Assembly: GCA_964594125.1 (NCBI GenBank)
Contig: CAZQLL010000032.1
Coordinates: 1-42,406, forward strand
Length of the DNA stretch: 42,406 bases
Direction: 5' to 3'
Origin: an uncultured Thermoanaerobaculia bacterium
GTDB lineage: Bacteria > Acidobacteriota > Thermoanaerobaculia > Thermoanaerobaculales > Thermoanaerobaculaceae
The notes under the pieces were generated by a model that searched no databases, had not been told where the DNA came from, and was given only the letters and a program-made list of their open reading frames with translations. This document shows positions 18,774 to 28,315 of the stretch, one piece after another. The position numbers and the translations under genes are program-made. Numbering within the stretch: the stretch's first letter is position 1; the number at the start of each line of letters is the position of its first letter.

Positions 18774-20468
18774 GTGAGCGATCTCGCCGCTGCTTCCGGG
18801 GGTGCGGCGCATCCGCGGCGCCGTGTCGCGCTCGCGCTCGCGCTCGTCGGCGCGGCGCTCGCCGCCGGCCTCGCGACGCCGTGGTTCCTCGACTTCGACG
18901 AGGCGGTGTACGCCGAGGCGGCGCGCGGCATGCTCACCTCCGGCGACTGGGTGCGGCCGCAGTGGAACGGGCGGCCGTTCTACGAGAAGCCGGCGCTGTT
19001 CTACTGGCTGACCGCCTCGCTGTACGCGCTCCTGGGTGTGACGCCGGCGGCGCCGCGCCTGGTGAGCCTGGCGGCGACGCTCGCGACCCTCGCCATGGCG
19101 GCGGCGGAGGCGCGCCGCCGCTGGGGCGAGGCCGCCGCCGAGGTCGCGGTGTGGGCCGGCGGCGCGGCGCTGCTCCCGTTCTCGCTCGGCCGCCTCGGCC
19201 TGCTCGACGCGCTGCTGGTCGCGGCGACCACCGCGGCGCTGCTGGCGCTGCGCCGCGGGCTGGAGTCGCCGCCGGGGCGGGAACGGCGGCGCTGGCTCGC
19301 TGCCGGATACGCCGCGGCCGGCGCCGCGCTCGCCGTCAAGGGGCCGGCGTTTCCCCTCCTGATCGGCGCCGTCCTGCTCGCCGATGCGGCGCGGCGGCGC
19401 CGGATGATGGCGACGCTGCGGGCGAGCGGCGTGGCGTGGGGTGCGCCGCTGCTGCTCCTGGTCGGAGTGCCGTGGTACGTGCTGGCCTGGCGCGTCGACG
19501 GGCCGCTGGTGCTCGCCCAGTTCGTCGGCAAGCACACGCTCGGCCGCCTCGCCGAGCCGCTGCAGGGGCACGGCGGCCCGCTCTGGTACTACCTGCCGGT
19601 GCTCGCGGTCGGCCTCATGCCCTTCACCGCACTGCTCCCCGGCGCCGTCGCCGCGCTGTGGCGCGAACGCCGCGCTCACGCCCCGGGTCACGACGCCGCC
19701 GTCTCCGCCGCGGTGTGGGCGGCGGTGCCGCTGGCGGCGTTCTCGCTCGCTGCCACCAAGCTGCCGCAGTACATCGCGCCGGCGGCGCCGGCGCTGGCGC
19801 TGCTTGTCGCCTGGGCGGCGACCGCCTCCCCGGCGCCGTGGCGGCGGCTCTCGTGGCACGCCACGCTGGCGGGCGGCGCGCTCGCGGCGGGCCTGGTCGC
19901 CGCCGTGCCGGTCGTCCTCGCGAGGGCGACCGCGCTGCTCGGCGAGGACGTGCTGCGGGACGCCCCCGGCCTCGTCTGCCTCGGGGCGGCGCGCTGGCGC
20001 TGGGTGCTGCTGCCGGCCGCCGCGGCGCTGTTCGCGGGGGCGGCCGCTGCGCGGCGGCGCGGCCTGCGCGGCGACACGCTGGCCGCGGTGCGCGCCCTCG
20101 GGGTTGCCGGGGCGGTCGGGTGGTGCGGCGTGTGGGCGGGGCTCGGCCACGTCGCGCAGGTCACGACGATCGCGCCGTTGGTCGCGCTCGCCGAGAGGGC
20201 GGCGGCGGAGCTGCCCGCGGGCACCGCCATCCATCTGGTGCGCCTCAACCACCGGGTGACGCCGACGATCGCCACGGGGCGCCCCGTCGTCTACCTCGAC
20301 CCGAGGAACGGCGACGACATGGAGCGGCTGCGCGGCGCCCTCGCGGCGGCTGCGCCGGCGCGCGCGGTGGTGCCGGCGGCGTGGTGGGAGGAGATCCGCG
20401 GCACGGTCGGCGGCCGCGCGCTGGCGCGCGACTGCGGCCTGGTGCTGGTCGGCGAGACGCCGCAATAG
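18774..20468 (+). CDS. GT39/GT83-family (ArnT/PMT-like) membrane glycosyltransferase
   Basis: Polytopic membrane protein. The N-terminal loop DEAVYAEAARGMLTSGDWVRPQWNGRPFYEKPALFYW is typical of ArnT/PMT family. GTG start. Confidence 0.75.
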   Translation: MSDLAAASGGAAHPRRRVALALALVGAALAAGLATPWFLDFDEAVYAEAARGMLTSGDWVRPQWNGRPFYEKPALFYWLTASLYALLGVTPAAPRLVSLAATLATLAMAAAEARRRWGEAAAEVAVWAGGAALLPFSLGRLGLLDALLVAATTAALLALRRGLESPPGRERRRWLAAGYAAAGAALAVKGPAFPLLIGAVLLADAARRRRMMATLRASGVAWGAPLLLLVGVPWYVLAWRVDGPLVLAQFVGKHTLGRLAEPLQGHGGPLWYYLPVLAVGLMPFTALLPGAVAALWRERRAHAPGHDAAVSAAVWAAVPLAAFSLAATKLPQYIAPAAPALALLVAWAATASPAPWRRLSWHATLAGGALAAGLVAAVPVVLARATALLGEDVLRDAPGLVCLGAARWRWVLLPAAAALFAGAAAARRRGLRGDTLAAVRALGVAGAVGWCGVWAGLGHVAQVTTIAPLVALAERAAAELPAGTAIHLVRLNHRVTPTIATGRPVVYLDPRNGDDMERLRGALAAAAPARAVVPAAWWEEIRGTVGGRALARDCGLVLVGETPQ

Positions 20469-20473
20469 CAACG

Positions 20474-21499
20474 TCAGTCGCGCACGACGTCGAGGCGGAG
20501 CACCACGCCCGGGCCGCCGAGGTCGGAGAACCAGTGGACGTGCTCGTCGACCATGTCGACGTGGACGGCGTAGCTGCCGGCGCCGTCCGGGGCGCGGAAG
20601 CGCAGCTCGAAGGTGCGCTCCCCCCCCGCCGCGACCTCGCCGTCCTCGACGCCGGCGCGGGCGAGGTCGTGCGCCCGGCCGTCGTTGCGCCGGAACTCCG
20701 CCACCGGGTCGGCCGGCCAGGCGGCGAGCGGGCCGAGCGCGCGGGCGCCGAGGCGGATGCCGCGTTGCCGGTCGGAGGACAGCCTCCACGGCTGCTGCGA
20801 GCGGTTGACCACGCGCACCGGCAGCACCATGCCCTCACCCGGCCGCACGCGCGCCGGCGCCTCGCCCCCGAGCGCGATGCCGGCGTCGTACGGCGGCGGG
20901 CAGTACGCCGCGAGGAGCCACTGCCGGAACGCCGCGGCGTCGTGCGAGCGGCCGACGCGCCGCCGCCAGGACTCGTACTCCGCGAAGAAGCGGTGGAGCG
21001 GGCAGGCGTCGGGCCGGCACAGGTGGCCGGCGGCCGGCGCCAGCCACGCGAGCGCCGCGTCGAGCGGCGCGCCGGCGAGCGCGAGCGCCACCCCGGCGCC
21101 CCACCCACTGCGGTCGAAGCCGTCTTTGCAGTGCAGCAGCAGCGGGCGCGGCAGCGCGTCGAGCAGCGCCACGAAGCGCCGCACCTCGTGCTGCGGCGGC
21201 CAGTCGTCGAGCTTGATGCGGACGTCGGCGCGCTGGACGCCGAGCTCGCGGCAGGCCGCCACCTCGTCGGCGTACCAGCGCTCGCTCGGGCGCGACCCGC
21301 GCAGGTTCACCACCGCGCGCACGCCGCGTTGCTCCACGACCTCGCGCCACTCCTCCGCCTCCGGCTGCCCGGCGACGAGCAGGCCGGGAGCGGCCTCGAC
21401 CACGCGTACCGGCCCGTGGTAGCGCGCCCGCGCGGCGAGCAGCAGCGCGGCGAGCACGGCGAGGCCGGCCGCCGCCGCGAGCCACCACCGCCGGCTCAC
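20474..21499 (-). CDS. Cys-based phosphatase (PTP/DUSP-like) with TM anchor
   Basis: P-loop HCKDGFDRSG (CX5R). The GTG start overlaps the paralog B stop (GTGA). TM segment WWLAAAAGLAVLAALLLAA. Confidence 0.6.
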   Translation of the reverse strand: MSRRWWLAAAAGLAVLAALLLAARARYHGPVRVVEAAPGLLVAGQPEAEEWREVVEQRGVRAVVNLRGSRPSERWYADEVAACRELGVQRADVRIKLDDWPPQHEVRRFVALLDALPRPLLLHCKDGFDRSGWGAGVALALAGAPLDAALAWLAPAAGHLCRPDACPLHRFFAEYESWRRRVGRSHDAAAFRQWLLAAYCPPPYDAGIALGGEAPARVRPGEGMVLPVRVVNRSQQPWRLSSDRQRGIRLGARALGPLAAWPADPVAEFRRNDGRAHDLARAGVEDGEVAAGGERTFELRFRAPDGAGSYAVHVDMVDEHVHWFSDLGGPGVVLRLDVVRD

Positions 21500-22569
21500 G
21501 GGCGCACACCCCCGCCGCTGCCGAACGTCAGACGGAACCCGTAGTCGGGCGAGACCCCGGTGCCGTACCAGTCCTGGCCGGTCTCGAGGGCGATCCACGA
21601 GCCGCGCGACAGGTGCGTGACCACGCCCAGCCTGAGGTACGCCGCCGGGTCGCCGAGGGCGGCGGCGGAGAGAGAGGCGAGGGGCGAGCTCTCGTAGGCG
21701 GCGGAGCCGGTGACCCCCCACCCCTTCCCGAGGTCCTGCTCGAGCGACACCGCCAGATGCCAGGTGTCGTCGCGCTCGACGCCGAGCAGGTCACCGGCGT
21801 CATCGAGCCAGGTGTAGCCGGCGCCTGCGACCAGCGACGTGGTGCGCCACCGCCACGCGGCGAACCAACGGACGCCGACGTCCCACCCGCCGGAACCGAG
21901 CAGCGTATCGGCGTCGCCGGTGGGGGCGTCGAGGCTGAGCACGGCCCGGTGCTCGGCGCCCGCGAACCTCCCCGCCGGCGCGGCGAGCGAGACCGTGACG
22001 TCGCCGAGGCCGGACACGACGAGTTCGTCGCGCAGCTCGAGCGTCGAGCCGGGGGTGTGCGCGTAAAAGAACGTCTCGCCGCGCGGGAACAGGTCGCGGT
22101 CGGCGTTGGGGAACGAGAACGCCTCGTGCCACCATTCCGCGATGCCGTCCCAGTGCGGCCGGCCGACCTCGATCCAGGGCACCTGGAGGGAAAGCACGAG
22201 GCCGTGCGCGAGCCCGCGCTGGACGACGAGGTCCGCGCGCCACGACTCGATGTCCACGTGGTACATGTCGTTCGTGGGGTAGCGCGCCTCGATCTCGCGC
22301 AGCTCGTCGGCGCCGACCGGCTCGCCGGCGCGCCCGTACTCCTGGTGGATCGCCGGGATCTCCCACGTCCCCTGCCAGAGGTTGGCGTAGGCGAACGACG
22401 CCTCGACGCGCCAGGCGCCGGCGGCCACCGGCGCCGCCGGGGCGAGGTCGAGCGGCAGGCTGGCGGCGCGCAGCGGGTCCGGCGTCGCGGCGAGACGGAA
22501 CGGAATCGTCTCGGCGGCGGCCGCCGCGGCGAGCAGCAGGGCAGCGAAGGCGAGGCGGGCTCGGCGCAC
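21496..22569 (-). CDS. Secreted beta-rich protein of unknown function, paralog B of 14612..15697
   Basis: Signal peptide MRRARLAFAALLLAAAAAAE. Conserved blocks shared with paralog A. GTG start. Confidence 0.7.
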   Translation of the reverse strand: MRRARLAFAALLLAAAAAAETIPFRLAATPDPLRAASLPLDLAPAAPVAAGAWRVEASFAYANLWQGTWEIPAIHQEYGRAGEPVGADELREIEARYPTNDMYHVDIESWRADLVVQRGLAHGLVLSLQVPWIEVGRPHWDGIAEWWHEAFSFPNADRDLFPRGETFFYAHTPGSTLELRDELVVSGLGDVTVSLAAPAGRFAGAEHRAVLSLDAPTGDADTLLGSGGWDVGVRWFAAWRWRTTSLVAGAGYTWLDDAGDLLGVERDDTWHLAVSLEQDLGKGWGVTGSAAYESSPLASLSAAALGDPAAYLRLGVVTHLSRGSWIALETGQDWYGTGVSPDYGFRLTFGSGGGVRP

Positions 22570-22605
22570 CGCCGGATCGTAGCAAACGCCCGCGCCGGGG
22601 CGCGG

Positions 22606-23067
22606 CTACTGCGGGATGCGCAGCTTCTGGCCGACCTTGATGACGTCCGGGTTCTTCAGGATGTCCTTGTTGGCCTCGAAGATCTTCATGTACAGGCTCG
22701 CCTTGCCGTAGTACTTCCTGGCCAGCGCGCCGAGCGTGTCGCCGGCGACCACGACGTGGATCGTCTCGCCGCCGGCGGGCCCCGCGGCGGGCGCCGGCGG
22801 CGCCTCGGCGGGCGGGCGCGGACCGGGCGGCGGCGCGGGGGCGGCGGCCTTCACGCGGATCGTGTTGACGGTGTTGTCGGTCTCGACCGTGGCGTTGAAC
22901 GCGGCCATCACCGCAGTCTTCACCTCCATCGAGGGCGCTTCGCCCTCGAGCGTCACCGTCTTGCCGCTGATGCGCGCGGCGAGGCCGCGCACGGTCGGGA
23001 ACTTCTCCCGCAACCCGGCGATCGCCTCCTCGACCGTCTCCTCGAACGACTTTCCGAAGATGCCCAT
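22606..23067 (-). CDS. BON-domain plus LysM-domain protein
   Basis: C-terminal LysM (HVVVAGDTLGALARKYYGKASLYMKIFEANKDILKNPDVIKVGQKLRIP). N-terminal BON-like region and a Pro/Ala linker. ATG at 23067. Confidence 0.7.
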   Translation of the reverse strand: MGIFGKSFEETVEEAIAGLREKFPTVRGLAARISGKTVTLEGEAPSMEVKTAVMAAFNATVETDNTVNTIRVKAAAPAPPPGPRPPAEAPPAPAAGPAGGETIHVVVAGDTLGALARKYYGKASLYMKIFEANKDILKNPDVIKVGQKLRIPQ

Positions 23068-23217
23068 GGTGGGTCCCCTTTCGATTTCGGCGTGCTCTCG
23101 TGCCGGCAAGTGTAGCGGAGTCGTGCTCGGGCGAGCGGCGAGCAGCGGCGCCGGGCGTCAGGCTCAACGGGCGATGCCGGCAACGCTCCCGGCTGTCCCG
23201 CCGGCGGGCCGCCCGGT

Positions 23218-25038
23218 TCACTGGGGGCGCACAGGATCCGCCGGGCGGATGCGCAGGCGGCGTGACTCTCCGGCGGCGAGCCGCAGCGCCAGCCCCGCGC
23301 CGGAGAACTCGCCGCCGTCGGCGAGCCGCTCGCCGCCTTCCTCGGTCACCACCAGATAGCGCCGCCCGCCGGCGACCGCGTACCACTCCGGCCAGGCGTT
23401 CAGCCGGGGGTAGCTCGCGGTCAAACCGAGGTGCTCCGCGTGGCGCGGCCGGTCGAGGGAGACGACCCCCTGCCACGCCTCGGTCGCCTCGACATGGAGA
23501 TACAGCTCGTTCCCGGCGACGACCGCGCCGAGGCGCAGCGCCGGGCTCCACGGCTTCGCGCGCACGCCGGCGGTGCGGAACAGACCGTAGAGCAGCGCGG
23601 TGCGTACAAAGTTGCCGTCGAGATAGAAGCGCCCGACGAACCCGTCCGGCTTCTGCGCTGCGAACATGACGCCGATCTCGCCGTCCAGCCACTCGGGTGT
23701 CTCGCCGTCGCGAAACACCTCGTGCAGGTACAGGGCGCTCTCGATCGCGTCGGCGTGCCCGTCGAAGGTGCCGCCGCCCCAGGAGGCGGCGCGGGTGGCC
23801 GTCGCCGCCGCCAGCGCGCGCCGCGCCGCGCCGAGGTAACGCTCCCGCCGCGGCGCGCCCGCGGGCAGCGAGCGCGCGTACGCCGCGTAGGCTGCCGCGA
23901 CGTACCCCCAGTTGTCGTTGAGCGTCGGCTGCGCGCGTGCGGGCGGCGCGGCGCCCAGGGGGAGCTCGGAGAACTGACCGTCGGCTCGCACGCCGATCTC
24001 GAGGATGCGGTCGAGCACGCCCTCGACGGCGGCGCGGCCGAGGCGCTCGCGATCGCCGCCGAGCTCCACCTCGAGCAGCGTCCACTCCACCAGGCCGGCG
24101 ACGATCTCGTTGCCGTGGTCGCGGAGGCTGAGCCAGGGCGCCAGCGGCCGATGGGCGGCGAAGTCCCAGGTATCGGCCGGCAGCCCGCCGTTTCCGGGGA
24201 TCACCTCGAGCCAGTAAGCGTCGGCGATGCGGCGCCCGAGCTCGAGGTACTCCTTCGTCGGACGGCGGCGCGCGAGCCTGGCGAGCACCTGGAGCATCTC
24301 GCCGTTCTTCTCGGTTCCCGCCGAGGGGAGCGGGCCGTACTGCGAGGCGACCGGCAGGTGGCGAATGATCTGTCCTACCACCGCGTGAAGCCGCTCGAGG
24401 TAGAGCGCATCTCCGGTCGCCTCGACGATCGGCAGCAGGCCGTCCTTGGCGTACTCCACCGCGCCGAACACCCGCTCGACGTCGTTCTCGCGAACCGGTG
24501 CGCCGCTGGTGACGTCGATGGTGCGCGGCAGCTCAGGATTGAGCGACCGCTCGGTGCGCAGCATCGCGTCGAGAGCGGCGCGGTGGTCGGGCGCCACGAG
24601 GTGCGCCGCAATCACGAAGTGCGAGAAGCAGTCGGCTGCAGTGTCCCGGTAGCTCCAGACGGAGGACGCGGCGCCCGGCCGCCATGCGCGCGGCAGGAGT
24701 CCCGCACGGGGCAACGGTTGTGTCATCCAAGCGTCGACGACGCGGGCGGCGCGCACGAACGCCTCCTGGGAGAGCAGCGCGGCGATCTCGGCGGCGCCGG
24801 CGTGGTCGCCTGCGCGCTCGCGCGCGGCCAGGGTCCGCGCGAGCACGCGCCGCAGCTCGCCGCGATCGTCGGGCTGCGGCGCCGGCCGCGCCTTCCGCGG
24901 CCGCGCTCCGGCCTCGCGGTCGGACGGCGCGCTCGCGACGGCCCGCGCGCCGCGAGATGACAGCAGCACGATGCCGCCGGCCGCGGCGGCGACGAGGGCG
25001 ACGGCGGCGACCGCGAGGCGAACGGGGCTCATGCGCAT
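23218..25038 (-). CDS. Signal-anchored hypothetical protein (606 aa), possibly a glycan-active enzyme
   Basis: N-terminal TM/signal MRMSPVRLAVAAVALVAAAAGGIVLL. Protein-like composition, unlike the R-rich antisense ORFs. Lies between a LysM gene and GT39 genes. Confidence 0.5.
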   Translation of the reverse strand: MRMSPVRLAVAAVALVAAAAGGIVLLSSRGARAVASAPSDREAGARPRKARPAPQPDDRGELRRVLARTLAARERAGDHAGAAEIAALLSQEAFVRAARVVDAWMTQPLPRAGLLPRAWRPGAASSVWSYRDTAADCFSHFVIAAHLVAPDHRAALDAMLRTERSLNPELPRTIDVTSGAPVRENDVERVFGAVEYAKDGLLPIVEATGDALYLERLHAVVGQIIRHLPVASQYGPLPSAGTEKNGEMLQVLARLARRRPTKEYLELGRRIADAYWLEVIPGNGGLPADTWDFAAHRPLAPWLSLRDHGNEIVAGLVEWTLLEVELGGDRERLGRAAVEGVLDRILEIGVRADGQFSELPLGAAPPARAQPTLNDNWGYVAAAYAAYARSLPAGAPRRERYLGAARRALAAATATRAASWGGGTFDGHADAIESALYLHEVFRDGETPEWLDGEIGVMFAAQKPDGFVGRFYLDGNFVRTALLYGLFRTAGVRAKPWSPALRLGAVVAGNELYLHVEATEAWQGVVSLDRPRHAEHLGLTASYPRLNAWPEWYAVAGGRRYLVVTEEGGERLADGGEFSGAGLALRLAAGESRRLRIRPADPVRPQ

Positions 25039-25080
25039 GCCGGCGATCCTACCGCGTCCGCCTGCGCACCCGACAGCGGG

Positions 25081-25086
25081 TAGAAT
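25081..25086 (+). promoter_or_regulatory. TAGAAT -10 box, 6 nt upstream of the GTG start of the second GT39 gene (leaderless)
   Basis: tagaat read directly. The same GTAGAATCC string occurs at 40467. Confidence 0.35.
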
Positions 25087-25092
25087 CCGGCC

Positions 25093-26664
25093 GTGACCGC
25101 GGCCGCAGGGAGTCTGCCTTCGCCGGATCCGCGCGCCACCGCGGACCCGGCCGCCGCGGCGGCGTGGACGCGGGGAGACACGCTCGCGGTCGCCGCCGTT
25201 GCAGGCGGCGCGCTGCTCTTGCGCGCCGTCAACCTCGCTTCAGCGTCGCTGTGGATCGACGAAATCTACAGCCTGCGCGACGCCGAGGCGCTGTCGGTGA
25301 ACGCGTTCCTACGGCCCCTTTATTACTTCTTCCTGCGGGGGTGGCAGGCCGTCGTCGGCAGCGACGTCGCATGGCTGCGGGCTCCGTCCGCGGTGTTCGG
25401 CGCCGCCGCCGTGGCGCTGCTGTACGTGCTGGCGCGGCGCGTCGGCGGCCGCGCCGCGGCGACCCTGGCCGCCTGCTCGCTGGCGCTGGCCGCCAGCGAG
25501 CTGGCGCGCGCCCAGGAGATCCGCATGTACGCGCTCGGGACGATGCTGGCGCTCGCCAGCGTCTGGGGACTGTGGCGCTGGCACGACCGGCCGCGCGCGG
25601 CGACGCTGCTCGGAGCCGTCGCGCTGCTGGCCGCGGCCACCGCCGCCACGCCGACCACCCTGCTGCTGACGGTTCCCGCGGTGCTCGTTGCGCTCGCCGG
25701 CGCGCGGCGGTCGCCCCGCCGGCAGGCCGCGCTCATGGGTCCCCTGGTCTTGCTCGCCGTCGCCGCCGCCCCCTACGTCTGGCGCCACCGCGGCTCGATG
25801 GCGGCGATGCAGGGGGCGGCTGTCCGCGCCAGCGCGCCCGGAGCGTCCGAGCTGCTCGGCTGGCCGGCGCGTCAGCTCGCCGCGTTCCCCGGCTACACCC
25901 TGAACCTGGCCGGTTTCCGCACGCTCGCAACGCTGCTCGGCATGACGCTGGCGGCACTGGGCGCTCTCGCGGTGACCACGCCGCCCCGAGTGTCGCAGGC
26001 GGCGGCGCTCGTGCTGGCGGCCTGCCTGGTGCTCGCGGCGGCGGGCAGCTACGTCTACTCCCAGGCGGCGCCGCCGTTCTGGGAGGTGCGGTATTTCCAC
26101 GCGCTCACCCCGCTGCTGGCGGCGCTATGCGGTCTCGGCGCGGCGGCGGCGGCGCGCCGGCACCGTTTGGCCGGCGTGGCCGCCGGCGCGCTGCTGCTCG
26201 CTTTGACGGCGGCCGGTGCGCTCGCCTTTCACTCGCCGGTGCGCAGCCGCGGGCAGTGGCGAGAGCTCGCCGAGTGGGCGCTGGCCCTCTCCCGGCCGGG
26301 CGACGCGGCGATCCTGCAGGGCGACGAGCAGCTCCGTGCCTGGCACTACTACGGCGGGAGCGCCATCCCGACCTACACGCTGTCGTCGCTGGGCATCGAC
26401 GCCGGCGACCGCGGCCGGGTCAGTGTCGCGGCCATGCTCGCCGCCGCTCCGCCCGAGAACCGGAGGCTCTTCTTCGTGCTCGAGCCGGGGATGCTGGAGG
26501 GACCCGCGCCGCGCCGGGCGGCACGCCGCCACCTGGCCGCGGCGGGCCGGGTGCTGGGCTCGCTGGCCACGGGAACGCTCAGGATCATCCTGCTCGACCG
26601 CAAGGCGCCGCCATGGCCGGCGCGCCGGGACCCCGGCGCCGGGCGACGGCAGCAGGGCGACTGA
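25093..26664 (+). CDS. Second GT39/ArnT-like polytopic membrane glycosyltransferase
   Basis: More than 10 TM helices. N-terminal loop WIDEIYSLRDAEAL...FLRPLYYFFLRGW is ArnT/PMT-like. Confidence 0.7.
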   Translation: MTAAAGSLPSPDPRATADPAAAAAWTRGDTLAVAAVAGGALLLRAVNLASASLWIDEIYSLRDAEALSVNAFLRPLYYFFLRGWQAVVGSDVAWLRAPSAVFGAAAVALLYVLARRVGGRAAATLAACSLALAASELARAQEIRMYALGTMLALASVWGLWRWHDRPRAATLLGAVALLAAATAATPTTLLLTVPAVLVALAGARRSPRRQAALMGPLVLLAVAAAPYVWRHRGSMAAMQGAAVRASAPGASELLGWPARQLAAFPGYTLNLAGFRTLATLLGMTLAALGALAVTTPPRVSQAAALVLAACLVLAAAGSYVYSQAAPPFWEVRYFHALTPLLAALCGLGAAAAARRHRLAGVAAGALLLALTAAGALAFHSPVRSRGQWRELAEWALALSRPGDAAILQGDEQLRAWHYYGGSAIPTYTLSSLGIDAGDRGRVSVAAMLAAAPPENRRLFFVLEPGMLEGPAPRRAARRHLAAAGRVLGSLATGTLRIILLDRKAPPWPARRDPGAGRRQQGD

Positions 26665-27040
26665 GCGCAGCCGGCTGCGGTTGCGAGGGGAGCGTCCGCG
26701 ATGAGCCGGTGTGGTCGGTGAGGCGCCTGTTCGTCGTCCGCCGCCGGAGAGCGCCGCCGCGGCCAGGTGCGGCGAGGCGGAAAGCGGCGCGTGCCGCACG
26801 TGTACCACGCGATCTGCCCCGCATGCGGGAGACTGCCTCGCCGCCCCGCCCGCGGCGTGACCCCTGCGAATGAAAGTGCATCTCATGATCCGGGGTGCGC
26901 CGGCGCCTCATGGTGCTTGTGATCCGCACCTTCCGGACGTCGTCGCGGCACGCGGTGGCGCAGCGAGGAATCCCGTGGCGATGGGATCAACATCGCGCGC
27001 CGCTCTCGCAGGGGCAGGGCGGAAGCCAGCTCGGCGGGCC

Positions 27041-28315
27041 CTACGGCGCAACCGTCTCGCCGTCGCGCACGAACGCGCGGCCGAGCTGCACGAGGTCGAG
27101 GCCGGGGTACACCAGGCAGTTGGTGCCGATCACCGCGCGCGGCGGGATCACCGCCTGCTTGCCGATCACCGTGATGCCGGAGTCGAGGTGGGTGGGGAAG
27201 CGGCGGTTGGCGATCGCCGCGTCGCCGTGGCCGATGATCGCGCCGGCGCCGAGCGTCACCCCCTTGTCGAGGATCGTCTCCTCGATCGAGCAGCCGTCGC
27301 CGAGCACGCAGTCCTGCATCACCACCGAGCGGCGGATGCAGGCGCCCGGGCCGACGCGGACGCCGGGGAAGATCACGCTCTCGGTGACGCTGCCCTCGAT
27401 CACGCAGCCGCGGGCGACAAGGGCGTTGCTGACGACGGCGCGCGGTCCGAAGCGCACGGGCGGCCGGTCGCCGAGCCCCTTCTCGTCCGGGCCGGTGCAG
27501 ATGTTCCAGCTCGGCAGGTCGAGGCCGGAGGCCGGGTCGAGGCAGTCCATGTTGGCGTCGAGGTAAGAGGAAAGCGTGCCGACGTCGCGCCAGTACCCCG
27601 CGAACGGGTAGCACAGCAGCGTGCGCCGGCCGACCATCCCCGGGATGATGTCCTTGCCGAAGTCGAACCCCTGCTTCGTGCCTACGACCGCGCGCAGCTC
27701 CTCGACGAGCACCTCGTAGTCGAAGACGTAGATCCCCATCGACGCGAGGTTGGAGGCGGCGTTTCTCTCCTTCTCCTGGAACTGCGTGATCAGGCCGTTC
27801 CCGTCCGTAACCATGATGCCGAAACGGTGGGTCTCCTCCCACGGCACCTGCATCGCGGCGATCGTCAGCGCCGCGCCCGCGCGCTCGTGCGCCGCGATCA
27901 TCGCCTCGTAGTCCATGCGGTAGACGTGGTCGCCGGAGAGGATCAGCACCCGCTGCGGCCTGTAGTCCTCCATGAACCAGAGGTTCTGCCAGATCGCGTC
28001 GGCGGTGCCCTTGTACCAGTCGGAGTCGTGCTCGCCGGTGTGCGGCGGCAGGATCTTGATCCCGCGCTCGCGCCCCGACAGGTCCCACGGCTCGCCGCCG
28101 CGCACGTGGTCCATCAGCGACGACGGCTTGTACTGCGTCAGCAGGCCGACCCGCTCGAGCCCCGAGTGCATCACGTTGGAGAGCGTGAAGTCGATGATGC
28201 GGTAGGCGCCGCCGAACGGCACCGCCGGCTTGGCGCGCCGCGAGGCGAGGATGTTGAGGCGGCTGCCGACGCCGCCGGCGAGCAGCATCACCAAAGTGTC
28301 GCGCGCCGACCTCAT
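27041..28315 (-). CDS. glgC: Glucose-1-phosphate adenylyltransferase
   Basis: LAGGVGSRL...RAKPAVPFGG..YRIIDF; WYKGTADA; C-terminal left-handed beta-helix repeats. ATG at 28315. Confidence 0.9.
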   Translation of the reverse strand: MRSARDTLVMLLAGGVGSRLNILASRRAKPAVPFGGAYRIIDFTLSNVMHSGLERVGLLTQYKPSSLMDHVRGGEPWDLSGRERGIKILPPHTGEHDSDWYKGTADAIWQNLWFMEDYRPQRVLILSGDHVYRMDYEAMIAAHERAGAALTIAAMQVPWEETHRFGIMVTDGNGLITQFQEKERNAASNLASMGIYVFDYEVLVEELRAVVGTKQGFDFGKDIIPGMVGRRTLLCYPFAGYWRDVGTLSSYLDANMDCLDPASGLDLPSWNICTGPDEKGLGDRPPVRFGPRAVVSNALVARGCVIEGSVTESVIFPGVRVGPGACIRRSVVMQDCVLGDGCSIEETILDKGVTLGAGAIIGHGDAAIANRRFPTHLDSGITVIGKQAVIPPRAVIGTNCLVYPGLDLVQLGRAFVRDGETVAP

